A stretch of 64,000 bases of DNA from Alphaproteobacteria bacterium. Its GTDB lineage: Bacteria; Pseudomonadota; Alphaproteobacteria; UBA6615. Positions within the stretch are counted from its first letter, which is position 1. The number at the start of each line of letters is the position of its first letter. Location: assembly GCA_009694135.1 (NCBI GenBank), contig SHVS01000009.1, positions 5,319-69,318 of the forward strand. The letters run 5' to 3'. The notes beneath the pieces are model-generated. The model saw only the letters and a program-made list of their open reading frames with translations. It made no database searches and was not told the origin of the DNA. A program made the position numbers and the translations under genes. Of the stretch, positions 58,573 to 64,000 are shown one piece after another.

Positions 58573-59478
58573 CTATAAGGGTCGACCGCCCGACGAATGC
58601 GGGCGGGTGGCATCCGAAACCGCCTGCCGCCGCATCCAAAAAGCGCCGCCATGCGGACGCAACCCAGCCAATGCCGGCGGGTCGAAAATGCCAGCGAGCG
58701 AGGCGGCGAGTGCCGCGTCTTCGGCAATGTATTTGCACGGAAAGACGATCTCGTCGCCGCCCGCGCCCGCGAGCAGGAAAGACGCGAGCAGATATTGCTC
58801 GTTATAAAAGCGCTTGTGCCAGATCTCCGGATAATCGCCGGGCAGGAAGATGTCGTGCACCCCGTAGGTGATTCCGGCCGGCAACACGGGCAGCAGCTCG
58901 GTATAAAAAACCGTGGCATCCGAATTGGTGAACAGGTGATGGCTACCGTCCTGGAACAGCACATCGCCCGGCCGCAGCCAGTTGAGCGCGTCCTGGCCGA
59001 CGTCCTGGAATGGCTTGCGGATCACCTCGTCGCATAGGGCATCGACCTCGGCCCGCGGATTGGGATCGATCGAGACGATGCGCGTCGGCAAGCCGTGATC
59101 GCGGATCGCCTTGCGCGCGATTTTGGTCGAGTTGCCCGAGCCGATCTCCAGATAGGTCCGCGGCTTGAGCATGCGCAGGAACGTGTACAGGCTCATCGCA
59201 TCCAGCGGCGGCAGATAGCCATTCACCCAATGCGGGGCGGGATCGGCCTTTTCCGCCTTGCGGGGGACATCTTGCAGGAATGCGCGATTGCCGACGATCT
59301 CGCCGCACAGGCGCTCATAGCCGGCCCGATTGCGGTCCAGAATACGGATCAGCGCTTGGCCGGCGAGCGATGTCGCGTAGGGGCGCGGCGACGGCGTGAA
59401 CGGATAGGCCCGCGCGCGAATCCGCTTGATGAGCTTCGGCCCCGGCCGCCTCAGCCCCAAAAGATCGCGCCAGCGCAT
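58573..59478 (-). CDS. Class I SAM-dependent methyltransferase (Methyltransf_24-like)
   Basis: Frame 58573-59586 overlaps tRNA-Cys, so start moved to ATG 59478 with AGGAG upstream. It has LEIGSGNST (motif I) and ...LFQDGSHHLF...YGVHDIFLPGDYP. Confidence 0.75.
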   Translation of the reverse strand: MRWRDLLGLRRPGPKLIKRIRARAYPFTPSPRPYATSLAGQALIRILDRNRAGYERLCGEIVGNRAFLQDVPRKAEKADPAPHWVNGYLPPLDAMSLYTFLRMLKPRTYLEIGSGNSTKIARKAIRDHGLPTRIVSIDPNPRAEVDALCDEVIRKPFQDVGQDALNWLRPGDVLFQDGSHHLFTNSDATVFYTELLPVLPAGITYGVHDIFLPGDYPEIWHKRFYNEQYLLASFLLAGAGGDEIVFPCKYIAEDAALAASLAGIFDPPALAGLRPHGGAFWMRRQAVSDATRPHSSGGRPL

Positions 59479-59526
59479 GGCCAGTCTCCTAGCCCGAGTG
59501 ACTCGAGCCAATCGCCTGATAGGGTG

Positions 59527-59600
59527 TGGAGGCCCGGGCCGGAATCGAACCGACGTACGAGGATTTGCAGTCCTCTGCATGGCCACTCTGCCACCGGGCC
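59527..59600 (-). tRNA. tRNA-Cys (anticodon GCA), CCA encoded
   Basis: Minus-strand cloverleaf: acceptor GGCCCGG/CCGGGCC, anticodon stem GAGGA/TCCTC with loop CTGCAAA, T-arm GTCGG-TTCGATT-CCGGC, discriminator T, then CCA. Confidence 0.95.
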
Positions 59601-59675
59601 GCCGTTGACGGCGGCGACATCTAGGGCTGCGAGGGGCGCAGGGTCAATGCGCCCGTGTTCTCGATAAGGCGGGGC

Positions 59676-60335
59676 TCAATTTGGCTGCGGGCGGCGTGGC
59701 AGCGGAGTTACGTTGCTCCCTTGCGTTGCCGGGGCCGCCTCGGCGGGGAGGGGTTCCGCCGCTGGGGTCACATTGGGCAGCGGCATACTGGCCGAAATCA
59801 GCCCGCGGGCGCGCGGATCGGGAAAACTCACGGTGGTTTGCTCGACGGCGACGAAGCCGAGCTTCTGCAACAACGGCAACCCGCGCGGATGGTCGAGCGA
59901 ACACACCTTGGCCTCGAGCCGCAAGGGGTCGCGTCGCCAAGCGGATTCCACCATCCAATCGAGCAACGCGCGGCCGAAGCCTTGGCCCAGGAACTCGGGC
60001 AAGAGGCCGAAGCGTTCAAGCACGATGCAGCCTTCCTTCGCCAAGGCGGACAGGTCGAGCTCGGCCATGCCGGCCGGCGCGCCGCGACAATAGAGCACCG
60101 ACAGCTCGATGTTGGGCTCGGCCAGATGCACGGCGATGCGGGCATCCGACCACTCGCGCCGTTCCCACCAGAACCACGCCTCGCCGATGGTTGAATACAG
60201 GTAGCGATAGAACGACGGCGGCGGCGCCTCGGCGCGCAACAGCATCAGTCGGGCTTGCGGCGGCGGCGGCGGTCGGCGCTGCGGACGCTCGCGCATCGCC
60301 AGGGTGGTAATGGTGGCGGAGAGCATGTCCGCCAT
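59676..60335 (-). CDS. GNAT-family N-acetyltransferase
   Basis: In frame 59676-60371, ATG 60335 overlaps the sseA stop (TGATG). The acetyl-CoA motif is LLPEFLGQGFGRALL. Confidence 0.8.
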   Translation of the reverse strand: MADMLSATITTLAMRERPQRRPPPPPQARLMLLRAEAPPPSFYRYLYSTIGEAWFWWERREWSDARIAVHLAEPNIELSVLYCRGAPAGMAELDLSALAKEGCIVLERFGLLPEFLGQGFGRALLDWMVESAWRRDPLRLEAKVCSLDHPRGLPLLQKLGFVAVEQTTVSFPDPRARGLISASMPLPNVTPAAEPLPAEAAPATQGSNVTPLPRRPQPN

Positions 60336-61195
60336 CAGTGGGTAATCGGCAGTTCGTGATGCGCGCCCCAATCCGCCCAGGAGCCGTCATAGACCGACCA
60401 GCGCGCGTGGCCGAGCTGGTCGAGCGCAAGGCCCAGGATGCAGGCGGTGATTCCCGAACCGCACAGCAGAGTGGTCGGCGCCTCGGGCCTAATCCCGGCA
60501 TCGGTAAAGGCGGCTTGCAGCTCGGCGGCTGGGCGCAAACGCCCACGGATTTGGTCAACCAGCGACGCGAAATGCAGATTGCGCGCACCCGGAATATGTC
60601 CGCCGCGCACGCCCGGCCGCGGTTCCGGCTCGGTCGCGGCGAAGCGACCCGGCGCGCGCGCATCGATGATCTGGCTATTGCCGCGTTGCAGGGCGCTCAA
60701 CACCTGCGCCCTGTCGCGCACCAAGTCCGGGCGGAAGTGCGGAGTGAAGTGGCGCGTTGGCGGTGTTTCTTCGCCGCTGGCGAGCGGGCGCCCCTCGCTG
60801 CGCCACTGCCGTAATCCGCCGGCCAGAACCGAGACACGATCGAGGCCCATGGTGCGCAGGCTCCACCACACACGCGCCGCGGAATAGAGGCCAGGCTGGT
60901 CATAAACGACCACCCGGTCTCCGTCGCCGATGCCAAGCGCGCCGACGGAGGCGGCAAATACAGCCGGGGCGGGCAGCATATGCGGCAGACCGCTCTTGGT
61001 GTCAGCGATCGCGTCGATGTTGAAGAATACGGCGCCGGGGATATGCGCCGCGCGATACTCGGCTTGCGCGTCCCGGTGGTCGGTCGGCAGAAACCAACTC
61101 GCGTCGACGATACGCAGGTCCGCGTCGGACAAATGCTCGGCCAGCCAGCTGACTTCCACCACCGACCCAGGGCCTGATCCGCCGGCGGCGCTCAT
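60335..61195 (-). CDS. sseA: 3-mercaptopyruvate sulfurtransferase (tandem rhodanese)
   Basis: 286-aa ORF with two rhodanese domains and the active-site loop CGSGITAC. ATGA overlap with the upstream gene. Confidence 0.9.
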   Translation of the reverse strand: MSAAGGSGPGSVVEVSWLAEHLSDADLRIVDASWFLPTDHRDAQAEYRAAHIPGAVFFNIDAIADTKSGLPHMLPAPAVFAASVGALGIGDGDRVVVYDQPGLYSAARVWWSLRTMGLDRVSVLAGGLRQWRSEGRPLASGEETPPTRHFTPHFRPDLVRDRAQVLSALQRGNSQIIDARAPGRFAATEPEPRPGVRGGHIPGARNLHFASLVDQIRGRLRPAAELQAAFTDAGIRPEAPTTLLCGSGITACILGLALDQLGHARWSVYDGSWADWGAHHELPITH

Positions 61196-62196
61196 TGCGC
61201 CAGCCAGCGCGGCACGGGCAGGTTTTTGGAGCGCAAGAAACCCGCGTTGAACAGCCGCGACTGGTAGCGCGTGCCGAAATCGGCCGCGATGGTGACGATC
61301 GTCTTACCCGGTCCCATTTCGCGCGCCAGGCGGATCGCGCCGGCGACATTGATGCCCGAGGAACCGCCGAGCAGCAGCCCTTCATGCTCGACCAAATCGA
61401 ACAGAAGCTGGATCGCCTCCGCATCAGGGATCTGGAAGGCGCGATCGACGGGCGCGCCTTCAAGGTTCTTGGTGATGCGTCCTTGGCCGATGCCCTCGGT
61501 AACCGAGGAGCCTTCGGATTTGAGCTCGCCCTTGGTGTAATAGTTGAACAGCGCGGCCCCCATCGGATCGGCTAGGCAGATGGTGATGTCCGGGTTCTTT
61601 TCCTTGAGGAACATGCCAACGCCGGCCAGCGTTCCGCCGGTGCCGACCGCGCTGACGAACGCATCGACCTTGCCGTCGGTTTGCCGCCAGATTTCCGGGC
61701 CGGTAGTTTCCATATGGATGCGGCGATTCGCGACGTTGTCGAATTGATTGGCCCAGATTGCGCCATTCGGCTCGGTCTTGGCCAGATCTTCCGCCAAGCG
61801 GCGCGAGACATGCACGTAGTTGTTGGGGTCCTTGTAGGGGACCGCCGGCACCTCGCGCAGTGTGACGCCGCAGGCGCGCAGAGTGTCCTTCTTCTCCTGG
61901 CTCTGGGTTTCCGGGATGACGATCACGGTGCGATAGCCGCGCGCGTTGCCGACCAGCGCCAAGCCGATGCCGGTATTGCCCGCGGTGCCTTCGACAATCA
62001 CCCCGCCTGGGCGCAACTCACCCGTCTGCTCGGCGTGCGCGATGATCCCCCAAGCGGCGCGGTCCTTGATCGAGCCGCCCGGATTAAGGAACTCGGCCTT
62101 GGCCAGAATCGTGCAGCCGGTATCGGCGCTCGCCTTGTGTAGCTTGATCAGCGGCGTGCGCCCGATGGCGCCGACGAATCCGTCGCGAATGTCCAT
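61192..62196 (-). CDS. cysK: Cysteine synthase / CBS-family PLP enzyme
   Basis: 334-aa ORF with TPLIKL, ...NPGGSIKDRAA (PLP lysine) and ...GTAGNTGIGLA. I cannot tell O-acetylserine sulfhydrylase from CBS-like by eye. Confidence 0.85.
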   Translation of the reverse strand: MDIRDGFVGAIGRTPLIKLHKASADTGCTILAKAEFLNPGGSIKDRAAWGIIAHAEQTGELRPGGVIVEGTAGNTGIGLALVGNARGYRTVIVIPETQSQEKKDTLRACGVTLREVPAVPYKDPNNYVHVSRRLAEDLAKTEPNGAIWANQFDNVANRRIHMETTGPEIWRQTDGKVDAFVSAVGTGGTLAGVGMFLKEKNPDITICLADPMGAALFNYYTKGELKSEGSSVTEGIGQGRITKNLEGAPVDRAFQIPDAEAIQLLFDLVEHEGLLLGGSSGINVAGAIRLAREMGPGKTIVTIAADFGTRYQSRLFNAGFLRSKNLPVPRWLAQ

Positions 62197-62257
62197 GGTC
62201 CGATCCGTATCCCGTCAGAAGGCGCGGAGGTTACCGGCCATCCGGAGACCCCGCAAG

Positions 62258-62851
62258 TCACTCGCGACGCAGCCACTCCGTGCGCAACCGGCGGCGGTTG
62301 AGCGCGAGCCATTGCAGCGCGATCACCGCCGGAGCGTTGGCGATGCGTCCGGCGCGTAGCATGGCAAGCGCCTTGCGCACCGGCACCCGTTCGGCACGGA
62401 TATCCTCGCCTTCTTCGCTCAGCCCGTGCAGGCCGCCGGCGCTCTCTGCGGCAATCTCGCCGCAGTACAGTCGAAAAGTCTCGCTCAAGGCCCCGGCGGA
62501 GAGCAGCAGATCGGCAATCAGGACCAATCGCCGCAGCTTGACCCCAGCCTCTTCCTTGGCCTCGCGCCGCGCGACTTGTTCGTGGCGTTCGCCCGGCTCG
62601 ACGATGCCGGCCACCACCTCGATCAGCCACGGGTCGCGCCCGGCGGCAAGCGCCCCGACGCGGAATTGCTCGATCAACACCACCGCATCGCGCACCGGAT
62701 CATAGGGCAAGACCCCGGCGGCGTGGCCGCGCTCCGCCACCTCGCGCGTGATCACAGCCGACATGCCACCGGCGAACAGCCGATGGCGCAGGCGATAGCG
62801 ATCAATCTGGAAATAGCCCCGATAGACGCGCTTGCGTTCAAGCACCTCCAC
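62258..62851 (-). CDS. ADP-ribose pyrophosphatase (Nudix hydrolase, NudF-like)
   Basis: This is the 3' part of the 548-aa ORF 62258-63904. Only from GTG 62851/62845 does it read as protein (VLERKRVYRGYFQIDRY...; Nudix box GIVEPGERHEQVARREAKEEAG). Confidence 0.8.
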   Translation of the reverse strand: MEVLERKRVYRGYFQIDRYRLRHRLFAGGMSAVITREVAERGHAAGVLPYDPVRDAVVLIEQFRVGALAAGRDPWLIEVVAGIVEPGERHEQVARREAKEEAGVKLRRLVLIADLLLSAGALSETFRLYCGEIAAESAGGLHGLSEEGEDIRAERVPVRKALAMLRAGRIANAPAVIALQWLALNRRRLRTEWLRRE

Positions 62852-62895
62852 GCCGGTTGTCCTCGGCGGGGCAGTACGCTTTCGGCCTGGCTTGA

Positions 62896-64000
62896 TCACG
62901 GCGTCTTGGGGCGAAAAACTTCGAGGCGCACGCGGCGGCCGTTGCCGATGTTGAAGCCTTCGACCACTCCGACGGACTCGACAGCCAGCGGTACGCGCGC
63001 CAGCGCTGCATTGAATTCCGGGAGTCGGCGGCCCTCGACGATGGCGAGCGTACAGAGATCGCTGTTCAGCCGCGCGACCGCTTCCCCTACATCGGCGAAC
63101 CGGCTCGAAGCACCGGCGAGGAACAGCAGGCTTTGTTCGTCGAACCCGACCGACAGAAGTGGCGCCTGGTCGCATGGCGAGGCGTCTTTCGTCAGCGCTG
63201 TGACGCGCGATGACACCCAGAGATCCGCGACTTCGGGGAATATCCCCTGGTAGATCGCAAGATAGACTGGAATGACCGCAACACTGGTGAGCGGCCATGC
63301 GGACCAGGCGCCGTTGCGCCGCAGGCGCAGGACGGCAAGGACGGCCAGAGCGCTGGCCAGGATGAGGCCGATGATCGCAAGCGGTGTTATCCGTCCATAG
63401 ACGGTCATAAAACCCGCCGCCGCGAAGATGGGCAGCACGCCGATCAGGGCTACAAATGCGGTCAGCACCCAGCCGATCCAGCCGCGTATGCGCGCCGATG
63501 TTTGTTCGAGCAGGGTGCTCGCGGCCAACATCGCCACCGCTGGATAGAGCGGCAGCACATAATGCGGCAGCTTGGTCGCGACCAATTCGAAGACAATCCA
63601 GCCGGGAACCAGCCACGCCAGGAGGAAAGTCACGGCGGGATCGCGCCGCCGCTCCCAGATCCGCCGCACGCCGGGCAGGACGAAGGCCGCCGCCGGCCAA
63701 AAGGTAAGCCAAAACATCGCCAGGTATTGGCCGGGCAAGCCGCCATGCGATTCCTGTCCCTGGAAAACTTTCGCCAGCCCGTCGCGGCCGATTGACTGGA
63801 CAAAAAAGTCTCCCCCGCTGCGGATCGCGATGGCGATGTACCACGGAAGAATGAGCGCCAAGGCGAGCGGTAAGCCCCAGCTTGTTCCCAAGCCGCGCAA
63901 CCACGCGGTGCTGCGCCCGGCCACGCTTACGATCGCCATGGCCGGTGCGACGAACAGCAGAATAATCGGCCCCTTGACCAGCATCCCTGCGGCGAGCGCG
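62896..64000 (-). CDS. GT39/GT83-type (ArnT/PMT-like) membrane glycosyltransferase, C-terminal part (gene continues beyond window end)
   Basis: Polytopic ORF (...KGPIILLFVAPAM...LPWYIAIAIRSGGDFF...KLPHYVLPLYPA...). The frame stays open from 63984 to nt 64000. Confidence 0.8.
   Translation of the reverse strand, partial: ALAAGMLVKGPIILLFVAPAMAIVSVAGRSTAWLRGLGTSWGLPLALALILPWYIAIAIRSGGDFFVQSIGRDGLAKVFQGQESHGGLPGQYLAMFWLTFWPAAAFVLPGVRRIWERRRDPAVTFLLAWLVPGWIVFELVATKLPHYVLPLYPAVAMLAASTLLEQTSARIRGWIGWVLTAFVALIGVLPIFAAAGFMTVYGRITPLAIIGLILASALAVLAVLRLRRNGAWSAWPLTSVAVIPVYLAIYQGIFPEVADLWVSSRVTALTKDASPCDQAPLLSVGFDEQSLLFLAGASSRFADVGEAVARLNSDLCTLAIVEGRRLPEFNAALARVPLAVESVGVVEGFNIGNGRRVRLEVFRPKTP

Noticed and set aside
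59479-59586. N-terminal extension of the methyltransferase ORF (58573-59586). Similar long 5' extensions occur in the ORF-track entries for copA, lipB, mgtE, accC, accB, aroQ, galU, the decarboxylase and others.
   Set aside because: The methyltransferase extension runs through the tRNA-Cys gene. In each case an internal start with a ribosome-binding site, and an N-terminus matching the family, gives the expected length.
58474-59600. Considered a genomic island or integrative element between tRNA-Leu and tRNA-Cys.
   Set aside because: I found no integrase, transposase, duplicated tRNA 3' end or direct repeats. By eye, the composition of the enclosed gene is similar to its surroundings. It is kept only as a minor note within the cysK-operon finding.
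62258-63904. 548-aa ORF that appears to span the Nudix gene and the region upstream of it.
   Set aside because: Only the last ~198 codons read as a real protein, the Nudix hydrolase. The upstream part is Arg/Pro-rich and overlaps, in another frame, a convincing polytopic ArnT/PMT-like glycosyltransferase gene (62896 to the window end).

Overview
High-GC chromosomal segment with alphaproteobacterial (Rhizobiales/Hyphomicrobiales-like) gene content and order, almost fully coding. It opens with the distal spc and alpha ribosomal-protein operons (rplN to rplQ, with secY, adk and rpoA). Housekeeping genes follow: rarA, crcB, an RluA-family synthase, an ATP12 chaperone, lipB, mgtE, galU-ugd-PGM, clpS-clpA, NDUFA12-MlaD-DUF2155, aat, aroQ-accB-accC, map, radC, a cysK-sseA operon, and tRNA-Leu(UAA) and tRNA-Cys(GCA). 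I saw no transposase, integrase, CRISPR array or recognisable defence system, so this reads as core genome rather than an island. The most unusual region is a four-gene minus-strand copper cluster at 17.7-22.6 kb: a membrane cytochrome c, a CopA with two YHS-type domains and no classical CxxC domain, a Tat-exported multicopper-oxidase homologue, and a SHOCT protein. The oxidase homologue keeps its type-1 copper ligands but lacks half of its trinuclear-cluster histidines. Other points worth a second look: a perfect 15-bp x5 in-frame tandem repeat at the 5' end of a Leu/Val/Phe dehydrogenase gene; an internally deleted DegP/HtrA gene with no canonical start codon; and an unclassified ~300-nt hairpin-rich region ending in a clear intrinsic terminator upstream of ridA. 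There is also a structured leader upstream of ornithine decarboxylase, a likely homopolymer frameshift in a GGCT-family gene, and a GGT homologue whose nucleophile position appears substituted. All protein calls come from reading the supplied translations and motifs by eye. No database search was run.
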